This document shows, piece by piece, positions 25,086 to 37,100 of a stretch of DNA of 64,000 nucleotides. Where the stretch lies: the NCBI GenBank assembly GCA_023213395.1, contig CM041465.1, positions 148,621,741 through 148,685,740 on the forward strand, read 5' to 3'. Position numbers and translations under genes: made by a program. The stretch comes from Cycas panzhihuaensis. Taxonomy: Eukaryota; Plantae; Cycadophyta. Each line of letters begins with the position of its first letter. The first letter of the stretch is position 1. The notes below the pieces were generated by a model. It saw only the letters and a list, made by a program, of their open reading frames with translations, ran no database searches and was not told the origin of the DNA.

Positions 25086-26420
25086 GTACCAAGTACAATC
25101 TACAAGGAGGCCTGATTATATGAAAGGGGAAAATTTTTTTTCCAGCATTATCAAAAGTGAAAGAAATACTGTTGGAAGAAACACATTCCATGCCTAGCTG
25201 GGACACACAAGGTTCGAAAAAACCTATCATAAGGTACGAGACTCCTCCTTTTGGAAAGGGATGGAAGCTAATGTTCTCAAATTCGTATCGGAATGTGATT
25301 CTTGTCAGAGAAATAAAAGTGGGAGCATAAAAGGCTTTGGCTTACTCCAACCTCTACCAATCCGTTAGCAGAAATGGGTGGAAATATCAATGGATTTCAT
25401 CACAGGCCTACCAATTTCAGAAGGCAAGGATGCCATCTTTGTGGTTGTCGATTGTCTAACCAAATATGTGTATTTCAAGGGAATTCAATCGACGCCCAAA
25501 GCAAGCCAAGTAGCAGAAGTTTTCATGAAAGAAATACATCGCTTACATGGGTTGCCCAAAGTCATAGTAAGCGACGATGACCCAAAGTTTACAAGCCATT
25601 TTTGGCAAGACTTGTTCAGATCGGGAGGAACGAAGCTATCCATGAGCACATCATACCATCCACAAACGGACAGTTAGATTGAAGTCATAAACAAATGCTT
25701 AAAAGGGAATTTATGGAATTTCACTTCTGACAAGCAAGAACTTTGGCACAAATGGCTTCATTTGGTTGAATGGTGGTACAACACCACTTACCATAAAGTG
25801 GCAAGAATGATTCCCTTTCAGGCACTATACGGATTCAAGCCACCATCTCTCCTTGCATGGGCAAAGATGTTGTGCATACAAGCAATTCGAGTACAATAGA
25901 AATAAGTGGATCAAACACTCTGAATATTAAGAGGCAATTTGAATACCGTAAGAAATCAGATGAAACAACAAGCAAACTTACATTGATCAGAAAGATCCTT
26001 CTCAGTTGGTGATTGGGTTTTTCTAAAACTGCAACCATACAAGTAGTCGACTCTAAGACAAACAAGCAAATAGAAATTAGCACCTAGATTTTATGGGCCA
26101 TATCAAGTCAGCGATAAGATTGGAGAAGTAGCCTATTGGTTAGCCCTACCTCAAGGAAGCCGTATTCATGATGTTTTCTATGTATCATGCCTCAAGTGGA
26201 AGCTTGGTGAAAAATCACCCCTCAAACCAACATTCTGGAGTTAGACAAAGAAGGGAAAATTATTCTGGAACTGGAAGGGATTCTATAGATCCGAACAAAA
26301 CAACTACGCTCCAGGGAAATAAGAGAATACCTCATGAAGTGGAAATCCTTGGACACAGAACACGCCACATGGGAATCCAAAGAATGGATCTGACATCATC
26401 TGAACTTACCATGCTTTGAG
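25086..26420 (+). pseudogene. Integrase and chromodomain of A (disrupted)
   Basis: H..GH...ECDSCQ zinc finger, ISMDFITGLP, STSYHPQTD, RFYGPY, EYLMKWKSLDTEHATWE. Confidence 0.9.
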
Positions 26421-26451
26421 GGCAAAGCATGCTTTCGAGGGGGGAGGGACT

Positions 26452-26929
26452 TGAAGCTTTCCTTTTCCTTTGTCTGGTTGACTCATCAAGGAGAATCTGA
26501 CCAGCTTAATGAAGCCAGAAAAGCTTTAGTTTTGGCAACTTTAAGCAATAAGTCTAGTTGACTTAGGTCCCCTTTTTCTGGCTGACTTTCATTCTATTTC
26601 TGGCCAAACTTTATCCTAGGATTTTGGTCGCCTATTTAAAGGAAAGGATGGGCTCAGTCTTGGACATTAGTAATGAGTTGTTGGCCACTATATTTTTGGC
26701 TTTAGGCTTGCAATTTCTTTGGAGGGAACCTCGCCTTGAAGAGGCAAACTTTTCCTAGTGTTATCTTACCAATTTTACTTCATACTTTGATCAATACTCC
26801 TATTTATTTCATTTACAATTACTGTAAATACTTCAATAGTCTCCACATTTCTGGTACTAGAGCTACATTTGTGTATTTTGTTCTATTTTTGCTCTATTTC
26901 TTCCGAAAGGACTGTGCAGGCTTGTCACA
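26452..26929 (+). repeat. 3' LTR of A (478 bp)
   Basis: Follows PPT GAGGGGGGAGGGAC (26437-26450); TG...CA termini. Confidence 0.9.
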
Positions 26930-27783
26930 CTTTGCGGCTGGAAGGTCTGCATGGGATTAACTATAGGAAGAAGAATCCATGAGTGAAAGAGTTAGCGGGG
27001 AAGTGACTGCCATCAGATGAAGAGATACGTGGCGAAGATCTGTGGACTTCGTGTTGGGAGTATTTGTGGTGAAGAACAAATAAGGGAGATTGAAAAACAA
27101 TGTGAGTTGCAAGTGGAGGAATTGTGAAATGTGTCAATCAATGACATATGGCAACCTTTTGCAGCCTTCTCAACTCATGAAAGAAGGCTTTGCAAGAATA
27201 GTGAATTGCGAAGAACGCAATGACATTGATGAATTCACGAGCATGTGAGGCGACATGGTAGACATCTCCCATATGGGGGAACAACAATTGAGGCACATTA
27301 ACTTCATAATAGGTGATACCACTCACAAATGAATCCAACATGCATTGATGGAGTTTAAATTCACCTACCACCACATCCTGCAGAGATATTCAAATTTATG
27401 CACTTGCAGAGGTCATTGATGGTGAGACCAATCACGCCTGTTACAGGAGAAGATATACGGAAGAAAGCAGCACATGAGAGGTACTTTTGGGACGAGGAAC
27501 GAAGCTTGGAGTTAGTGTTAGAGTTGTCATAGAGAGAGCAAGAGAGATAATTGTAACAGAGTTGTTTCTGTTAATTGTAGTAATTAGTTTTTTCCAGTTG
27601 AGCTGAACCTATGTAACAAGATCAAATCATTGTAATATAGATCTTGGTTGCATTGTTGTGAGTGTTTTCTATGCTGTGTGCATGTGTGTTTGTCTCAAGG
27701 ACTGTGCATTGTCCTATTTGAGAGTATAATTCTATGTGTGTTGGGTATCAGCGTATACTGTATGTGTGTGGAGGTTTGGTACA
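26930..27783 (+). mobile_element. Possible old LTR fragment flanking A
   Basis: Purine-rich U3-like stretch, then a GT-rich U5-like stretch ending GGTACA before TGGCACCA; no partner copy in the window. Confidence 0.3.
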
Positions 27784-28068
27784 TGGCACCATGTCACATA
27801 CCCCTAGATAGACACTATTTTAAAGAGAGCACAATTAGTTGAATATTGATGGACGAACACCATCTATCATCTCTTTGTGCTAAAAGCCATTTGAGCATAG
27901 TGGCCACAGGAGGCACAATGGTCTTGTTAAGCATTTATTGTGTTGTTTCTCTGATTCCAATAAGTTCCCCTCAAATTGTTTGCTTTTTTTTCCTTAATAT
28001 CTTAAAAGCTGAGGTGTGGGATGTTTTTGACTTGTAACTAGGCTTTTCTTTGTTCATTGTTGCCTTAG

Positions 28069-28139
28069 GGCAGAGGCATTCAAGTAGTGACAGCTATCTA
28101 TCATCTGAGAAAGAAAAAAGAGCATGGGCATCTCTAGAG
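28069..28139 (+). CDS. Putative exon of the host gene (SPIDR/DUF4502-like protein)
   Basis: Polypyrimidine...TAG acceptor, GAG|GT donor; open frame QRHSSSDSYLSSEKEKRAWASLE; followed by an 81-bp intron. Confidence 0.5.
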
Positions 28140-28220
28140 GTACAACTTTGTATAGCTTTTTACTTCTTGAAAGATTGTTGTTTGATATTTTTGTGATGTT
28201 TGTGTTGTAATTTTTCACAG

Positions 28221-28328
28221 AAGTTACATTCATTTTCATTTGGAGGAACGCAAATTCAATTTCAGAAAGCTCATAATGAGAACTATTTACCTCAGACTCC
28301 AAGTGAAAACAGTCTTAGCCTTCACAAG
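28221..28328 (+). CDS. Putative exon of the host gene
   Basis: TTTTTCACAG acceptor, AAG|GT donor; 36 open codons KLHSFSF...SLSLHK, phase 0 to 0. Confidence 0.5.
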
Positions 28329-28638
28329 GTACTCTTCGGAAAAATGGGTGTTTTCTAAATCATGATATTCAATGTACTGTCTGTTTTATCTTGTGCTGAG
28401 TAACTTTGTCTAGGTTATTGGATTCTTTGGTTGAAAGCTGAATGGTCCACTATTTGTATTTTATCTGTTTAGGGTATTGTGTGTATCAAAGGGTTGCTGC
28501 ACTGTCATTTGGCTTGATTCACAATGCAAGAAGTTCTATTGATAATCTCGGTTTAACCTATGTATCCTGTCCTCTCTCTTAGTTGTACTGCACTTATTTT
28601 ATCATGTCATTATTTACCATACATATCTCAATAATGTA

Positions 28639-29115
28639 TGATGCTGAATTGGGCAAAGTCACAATGGGTAATAGGTCTGCATACCCAAAGGTCCTCTCAC
28701 AATCCTCAGCGACAGGTCAGAGAATGATAAAATCGCTCTCGCATTAAAATACTACAGAACCTGGGTATGAGCACTCAAAATTCCTATCGGTTGGCAACAG
28801 GCACCACCGATGACTGCAACTTGCAAGTCATAATCTTGATAACCAATAGTTAACTCTAATTGCTTTATGGCTCATAACAAATGTCTTAAACTGAATTCAC
28901 TAGTCACCAGCACTAATTAATTCTTGCAAACTGATGATTAATCGTAGTGATCTCCTCAGTACCGACTGTGGCTGAAAGTCTCTGCTGGATCAACTGAGGA
29001 CTGTAGCTTCTTCCATGGCCTGTAATGTCTCAACCAGAGCCTGTCATATCCCAGCTGAAGTCTTTGGCTGCAAATTGAGATGCATTTTCCCAAAACCCAG
29101 TCTGTTTGTGCATCA
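28639..29115. mobile_element. Possible old solo LTR in the intron
   Basis: Termini TGATGC...GCATCA, 477 bp; no convincing TSD. Confidence 0.3.
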
Positions 29116-29693
29116 ATCAGGTTTATTGCATGAGTTTCTTGGGATCCAGATTTGGCTGCCTACAAGGGTCTTTTTCTTTTAGACCAACATTGTTGGGCTG
29201 TTTTCACATTCAACTTCCAGTATTGCAGTTCTTTCTTTTTTTTTTTTTGTTCTTTTTGCATACACAACTATGAGTTCTATGCAGTATTATTGCTGGGTTT
29301 GGTTCTTGTATTCACGCTGGTGGGGTTCAGATGTTATAAATGTGGTTTGATTTTGAATATTATTTTCTCCAATGTGTTTCATCAATCATACAAGTTGTAA
29401 AAGCCAGTCCCTCTTGTGCATGGTTCAATTCAAAATTTGACACTCGTTGAATGATGAATTTTTTAAATTGCACCGTTATTCTGTGTACTCATAATGATTT
29501 GTATTCTTTCAGTCCACCCTCTATGTCTTTGTTATGGTGGTTTCATTCCTCACCCTTTTTGAATTTCCACAAAACCTCTTGTTTCAAGTAATCATGTTGT
29601 GGTTTATAGGTTGTGGGAGTTATGGCAATCTTTGCCAAATGCTGATTTCCCCTGCAAGGATTGATGAGTTTTCCCTGTTTGATTTGCAAGTAG

Positions 29694-29913
29694 AGCAATC
29701 GGCAATTTCAATTGAGCTTTGATCCCGAGGCACCACAGTTGGGAACAGTACAATGTAGTGATTCTGAGGATGATAAGCAGGTGGAAGAACAAGAAACATG
29801 CACTTGGTCAAAGATTATTAAAGAAGCAGAGGAACTTGATGAGAACCGCCAAGAAAATGTTATCAAATGCTCTTCCCTGACTGGTCACTCTGGAACGACA
29901 AGGTCCCAGAAAG
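29694..29913 (+). CDS. Exon of the host gene (acidic region, CSDSEDD...TWSKIIKEAEEL)
   Basis: AAAG|GTAATG donor in phase 1, compatible with the exon at 52714; 5' boundary (AAGTAG acceptor) less certain. Confidence 0.7.
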
Positions 29914-30279
29914 GTAATGGACTGTTTCTTCATTTCTGGTCCATATAGCTTACCAATCCTTGTTTACTTCCTGTGGACAGGCACCTCTTTCTGAACATCA
30001 ACTTGGACACTGCACTGTATCTATGATTATCTTGAACTGTATTTATGACTCTAGCACAGTAAGCCAAAAGACCAATTGTGGGATCCACCCAAGAACTGTA
30101 CCTTCAAAGTTACTATTGTTGGATATTGGTCTTTATTACTTGTTTTCACTTTATTTATTATGGTTTGTAAATAAAGCCTTAAATCTCTTTCTGAATGTTT
30201 CATTCTTTAGTTCACATTATAATTGAGGGGTCATTGTTTGTAAACACACACTATTCTTATTGCATGTTTTTCCTAGTCA

Positions 30280-30296
30280 ATATATATATATATATA
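30280..30296. repeat. (TA)n microsatellite
   Basis: Seen directly. Confidence 0.8.
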
Positions 30297-32276
30297 ATTC
30301 ATGGAGTTTAAATCGAATGTTAGCCAGAAATCGTTAGGAGTAGAAGCTTAACTCTTTGTTTGCTGAATTTTTATCTTGTGCTCATAAACTTGACAGGGAT
30401 GCTTGGGCGGGACACTGGAAAGTGAAAAAAAAAAAAACTAAAAGCAGAATATGCAAGCATAATATCATTTTAGGCAGCCAAACTAGCATGAATATCAAGT
30501 GATTAAAGCTTGACATCCTACTTATCAAAACCTCATGACCCTTGGTGTCTTATCTGAGGTTTATAAGCTTTGATATAATTGAAGTAACAGGCTGTAATAT
30601 GATTGACATACTGGGCTTTGACCTGATGAAATGTTAAAGGCCCAAAATTATGATCAGTTTAACTGAGTAGTTTAATTAAGTCAGCATAAGATTTTGTTGG
30701 TTTATACTCTTATAGGAGAGGTCCCTTAGGTCAACTTTTCATTCTCAATGACATTAAAATTCAAATTGAAAATTTCTACATGGCATCCCATCTTTGGGAT
30801 GAATGGAGTTTCATAATGACATGCTTTCGTATGTGTTTGTGGTTTTAGATGATATTAGAGTGAGGCCATATAAGCCTTGTGGGAACAACGCAAGTCCATT
30901 ATAATAGAACCCTTAATGGAGAAATGATAGGAGGCGGTGAAGGTAAGATCAAAGAAGTTGATTAACATCTAATTTCAAGGCTATTCCTTTGTAAGTTATT
31001 TGAAGAGATGGGGGTTAAAATTCTAGATTTGTTGCAAGAGATGTATATTGCCAAGTGAACATGTTAGACTTTTCATGCTACATAGGATTGTATGAAAACA
31101 AAATTCCTAAAGATAACTTGTTCATGGTTTGCAATTCACAATAGGCGAACTAGAGCATAAAACAAGGATGAAAGTGATAACCTCAAAAGGAAAATTATGG
31201 TTCATGATACATATGATTATATGGAAACAAGGACCCTAAAGATAACTCGATCATGATTTGCAATTCACAATAGATGAACTAGAGCATCAATCAAGGATGA
31301 AAGTGGTAATTTCAAAAGAAAAGAGTGTCACAAGTCCTACTTTCTATAAACCAATTTCTTATTATTCATTCAATATAATTTGTTTTGTATTCAAAGCGGG
31401 GAGGGGGTACGACTCATGAATTTGTTCAAAATGAGAAGTCAACAAGTGATATAACCCAGCTTGAGGTATTTCCATACACATTGCCCCTAGCCCTAGGCTA
31501 GAACCATGCCAATACGCGTCCTCGTTTTGCAATGTCCATTGCATGGTGGTGCCTCCTTACATGTATAGGAATAGTGTCCAAGTTTCATTTTTGGACATGG
31601 ATACAATCTTGACAAATGATGATAGTTCTTCTCAAATGTTTGGAATCATAACAAAGCCATTCTCCCACACATGCATTTTTACTTTCAACAAACGAATAGT
31701 TTTCCTTCTAACACATGTAGAACTTATAATTCAAATGGCAATTTCGATGTACTCATGACACACGGAAGAGCACTTTCATTATGTGATTTTATTAAGATAA
31801 CTTATGGATAATGTTACAATGAAAACAACTTATAAGTGGATAACTTGTTGTATTTCTTAGAGACCCATGCTTCGAGGGTGCCTTACATTCCTAGAACCCA
31901 TTCAAGTGAGTGTGGGTTCACCAATGTGAACTCCCCATTCTGTATAGACTAGTTACTAAGAGAGAGAGAGAAAAGCCATTACAATTAGATTATTGCTCAC
32001 CCTAGTCTCTGATTATATCGTAGTTAACAATACCCATTCCTTCCCAAAAGGGTTAACCCATCTCATAGCAACAACCCTCAAGAGACCACTTAGTGACATA
32101 TGATTGTGGACTACTACTCCCAAGCCTTAGTGTCTAGTGCATTTTGAAATTTCTAGGTGCTCCATGCACTTTTGATTTCACCTCCAAGTGCTCAATATAT
32201 CTTGATCCTTTGCATATAACTGGGAGTAAGATTTATTGCACAGGATAATATATTGAAGTATGTAATGAAGCATGAG

Positions 32277-32538
32277 ATGTTTGAAGCATTCATCAATATA
32301 AAACTGTAGTGAACAACAATGAAATATAAACATTCATGAGATATTTATGATAAACATTCAAGCATAATTAATGAAGTATGTTTATATCAATATAGCACAA
32401 CAATCATAAGAGAAATATAACACATGAGACACCAGATTTATATGTGGAAAACTCAAGTTGGAAAAAACTATGAGAGAAGGGTGGAGCATAGCTCTCTTCA
32501 TTAGCTCATCTCAAAATGTTCCAATGATATGCGCGCAG

Positions 32539-32572
<34 letters not shown>

Positions 32573-33128
32573 GAGTTCATCACCTCATGTATAGACTAAT
32601 CATATCATGTCGATACATCAACTAATCACATTACATGTGTGAGAACCTTTCACATTGACCAATGATAATTTTGACCACTTGACCGTTTGACCCACTAATC
32701 AAACATTACATTGATATTTGTGAAACTAAATATTCCAACACTTGAACACTTCCTCTTAATGTTTAATTTGTGTAATTCATCATGTATTTATCCTATATCT
32801 TCATGTTAGATGACTTGCTTATTTGTATTTTCATTTCACCTGTATCACTTATAAATCAATCTTTCAAACCTGTTTTTATTATGCTTGTCTCCTGCAAGCA
32901 GAATTGTCATGTCATACCAACCACCTGTAAATCTCCAATCAATCAAATGAGTAACAACAATTTATGACTCTCAACTTATTATGATATATGAAGTTTTTCT
33001 CCTCATCAACTTCATATCTTCTACCTATAAGTTGTAAAATCAAACTCATACATCTTGTCAACATCAAACCAATTCATTAATGTCCATATAAAACAACAAC
33101 CATCTATCAAAATGCATGGGTAAGCGAC
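32277..33128 (-). mobile_element. Decayed minus-strand Copia 3' end (LTR with (CA)n at 32539-32565, PPT, RNase H tail)
   Basis: Copia-type LTR motif ACACCAGATTTATATGTGGAAAAC; CTTCCTCTTAAT as the PPT complement; MLT-like RNase H end near 33055-33065. Boundaries approximate. Confidence 0.45.
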
Positions 33129-34153
33129 TGTTGCAATCGTTAGTTATCTAGAAAATGTTTCTTATACGTGGCACATTAGCTTTATGAAACAAAACACACA
33201 TGTTGTAGTTAGTCATTTATGCTATACAAGAGTATCTTGTGAATCTTTCTTGCCTCTTGCATACGAGATATGTATGTTGCATTCGTCGATGATTCTACAC
33301 ATACCTTTGCAACTTTGTTGACAACTTATCTCATTAAACTCAATTATTAACCAATTAATTTCGGGAACAAGATATATCACCTGGCTTATTAAGCTCATTT
33401 TAGTTCATTTAAAGGTCATTTTATTTCGTTATTATTAAAACTCATTTTATTGCACTTCAAAGCTCATATAGAGTTCATTTTATTGCATTTCAAAGCTCAT
33501 TTAAAGGCTCATTTTATTTCTTTTTCATTTCATGTCATTGTAGAGCTCATTTGTTTCATTTAGAAGGCTTATTTTATCTCATATGTATTTCATTTAAAAG
33601 CTTATTTCATTTCATTCTTGTTATATTTTTTAAGTTGCTTTCATTTGCTATTAAAAAGAACCTTATTTGTTAAGAAGACCACATCTAAAATCAATTTTTA
33701 TATTAAAGAGACAATTTTATGAACGAACACCCTTTTTCTAGCCTTGCAAAGGAAACGATTAGAATTCATGAAGTTACCACCTGACACATGGCCTTGGCCT
33801 ACTCATATTGGATGAGGAACATCATTGGCTATCGGGTGTAATAGGTGGCAGGTTGAGGTGGAGTACCCTATCTTTTTGGAGTTTGGAGATCAGGCTAGAC
33901 ACAAGGGGGTGGGTGCTTTGATTTGAAAAACTTTCACTGCTAGATCTGTCGCTAGGCATAAATTCAGCGTAAGTGGATCAACAGATCAGGGGGGTCTTGT
34001 ACCTTCTTAACAGTCCGTGTACTGAGGTATATAGAGCCTATTGCTCACATACCGGTATATTGGGTCCCTGATTTGCCACTTGTGGGTAAGCACCTCTAGA
34101 CGAGATAGTAATTGAAGGTTTCCCTTAGAGACCCACAAGCTTAGAGCCTAACA
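33129..34153 (+). repeat. LTR-like solo element (1025 bp) without a TSD
   Basis: TGTTG...CTAACA termini; repeated AGCTCATTT U3-like motifs; flanks GCGAC and ACCTT differ. Confidence 0.55.
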
Positions 34154-37100
34154 ACCTTTTTATGTAATAGAGCACGTTATTTTTAAAACTATCCTCAGGG
34201 GGACATTTGAATAGACTTAATTTTGAAACATAATGGCTACAAACTTTGATAACATGATCATCCTTAAGTTTGATGGATCAAATTTCTTGAATTGGAGTAG
34301 GAGGGTGAGACCCATCCTCATAGCTAAAGATATGTGGGATATTGTGAAGACAAGATATGTAGAACTTGGTCAGAATACCGCTGAAGTAGAAAAACAAGTC
34401 TTTAAAGAATGTGTGAAGAAGAACAATGAAGCATTAGCATTGATTTTTTGTGCCTTAGAAGATCATATCTTTCCAAGAGTTAGTGGGGCATCAAAATCCA
34501 ATGAAACATGGGACATATTACAACTTATCTATGAAGGAGTAGCCTCATCAAAACTCCAAACATTAAGGAGTAAATTTGAAAACTTGAGGATGTTACCCAA
34601 TGAGACCATCAATGAGTTCATAATAAAAGTTCAAGATTTTGTGAACCAAATTAGATCTCTTGGAGAAACCCTTATTGAACAAAGGGTTGTGGAACAAATA
34701 TTTAGGTGTGTTGGTGAAATTAAAAGGTTTGAGATGGTAGCCCACAAGTATTAAGGTATCTAAGGACCTAAGCACCTTGAAGATAGAACAATTGAGTGCC
34801 ATGTTGATGACTATTGAAGAAAATAAAGGCACCAATGAATCCTTAGAACATTCCTTTGCAATAAAGGCTAGAATCAAATCTAATGCCCAAGCTGAAAACT
34901 CAAGAACAAGGAATCAATCCCCAAGGGGGAGAGATAGGAATTCAAGACGAGATGCACACCAAGAGCAACATCCTTGATACCAAGCTCCTTATCAAAGGAA
35001 TCAAGGAGCTAATCAAAGATACCCAAGTCAACATAGATATCAAAGCCAAGAAAGATATCAAGAAGCTAGCCAATATTGTCATAATTGCCAAAGCCAAATC
35101 AGTTTTCAAAGGCCCAATTCAAATTATCCAAGCAATAGACAAAGAGACAATCAAGGTGCATATTTGGAAAGGGGAAGGACACCTTCTATGGATAGAGGAA
35201 CCCCTAGAAGCAGGAGCATAAGCCAAAGAGGAAGGGATCCTATCCGTTGCATATATTGTCACAAAGTTGGCCACATTGAAAATAGATGTTTTGCTAAAAA
35301 TGGCCCTCCAACAAGAGGAAGTGCTAATACAGTCATTTAAAATAGAGAAAATGATCACCTATTTTCATCAAGTCTTATAGCCCATGAAGAAGAAGATTGT
35401 TGGTATATAGACTTTGGATGCTCCACACATATGACACATAAGGAAGAAATATTCCAAACCATTGACAGGTTTAAGAAGGGCACCATCAGTTTTTGTGATG
35501 ATACATCTCATGAATTTTAGTGGAAGGGGTAAAGTCATCATAATAACAGATTCAGGAGAAAATAGATATCTTGATGATGTTCTCCATGTTTCAACTCTCA
35601 AGAAAAATCTCCTATCTATGGGACAAATGATGGAATAGGACTATAAGGTTGTGTTTAACAATGGTTAATGTACTATCAAGGACAAAAAGAAAACCAAAGT
35701 TGTTGTTGACAAAGGAAAGATGACTAGCGATAAACTCTTGAAGCTAGTCATAACCCCTTCGGATAATTGTGCATTTAAGACAATAATCAAAATAGATAGT
35801 GACATGTGGCATAAAAAGTTTAACCACTTAAACTATGGAAGTCTAACCCTCATGAAAGTGATGAATATGGTTGAAGGTTTACTATAGATTGAAGCTGACA
35901 AGGATATATGTGAGGGATGCCTCCTAGGCAAACAACATAGAGAAAGTTTTTCTGATGGAAGTTATAGAGCAAAGGGGCCACTTTAATTAATTTACACAGA
36001 TCTTTGTGGTCCAATGGATGTCCCATCTCTAGCAGGTGCAAAATATTTCCTCACCTTTATTGATGATTATACAAGGAAGACATGGGCATATTTCCAAAAA
36101 TTCAAGTCAGATGCATTTCAATGCTTCGTGGACTTCAAAACTTGTGTGGAGAAGCAAAGTAGCCACAAAATTCTTTCTCTAAGATCAGATAACGGGGGAG
36201 AATTTATTTCTAATGAATTTAATGCCTATTGTACCTACCATGGCATTAAGAGACAATATACAAACCCCTACACACCACAACAAAATGGGGTTGCTGAATG
36301 TAAAATCGCACCATAGTTGAAATGACAAGGTGCATGCTTAAAGATAAGAAATTGGGACACGAATTTTGGGTAGAAGTTGTCCATACTGCAATTTATCTCC
36401 TAAATAGGTGTACCACCAAAGCCCTTAGGTGGATGACACCAGAATAAGCATGGATAGGTTACAAACCTAACATTCATCAGTTGAGAGCATTTGGATGCCT
36501 GGCCTTTGCCCACGTTCCAGAACAGAAAAGGACTAAACTTGATGACAAGAGCACTAAGTGCATATTTATTGTGCATAGTGATGTGTGAAAATCCTATAAG
36601 GTGTATGATCCAAAGGAAAGAAAGGTTATTGTTAGTAGAGATGTTGTATTCAAAGAATATGACTTCTATCAACTAGATTATGCCCAAGATAAAGGTGAAA
36701 ACATTGTGATTAACTTTGATTCATCTCCAAGGTCCACATATGTGCTACCTAGACAGGGTTCAAGGCAAAATGATGATGTATCAAGGCCAAGTGATGAGGG
36801 AACCTCCACTCAATCTCAAAGGTTTCCTAAATGGGTCCAAAGAAGCCATGACTTAGCCAATATATTGGACAATAACTTTCACGGGAGATCCACTTGTTCA
36901 AATCGAGTTAACTTTGCCCTCATGAATCAAGTGATGGAAGTCAATGAGCCTCACACTTTTGAAGAGGTAGATACTCATGATGAATGGAGAAAAATTATGG
37001 AAGATGAGTATAATTCTATAGTCAAAAATGATACATGGGAACTTGTAGATCTTCCTCCCAACAAAACAACTATTGGGACAAAATGAGTTTATAAGACCAA

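Larger units (their letters stand above)
567..26929 (+). mobile_element. Gypsy element A (Reina-like chromovirus, ~4.6 kb internal region), split by nested insertions B and C/D
   Basis: Matching LTR segments 567-779 and 26717-26929; PBS TGGTATCAGAGC; gag-PR-RT-RH-INT-chromodomain order reassembles across the TSD-bounded insertions. Confidence 0.9.

Noticed and set aside
31540-31760. Possible hAT dimerisation-domain remnant on the minus strand (IAI*IISSTC)
   Set aside because: Too short and degenerate to support by eye.
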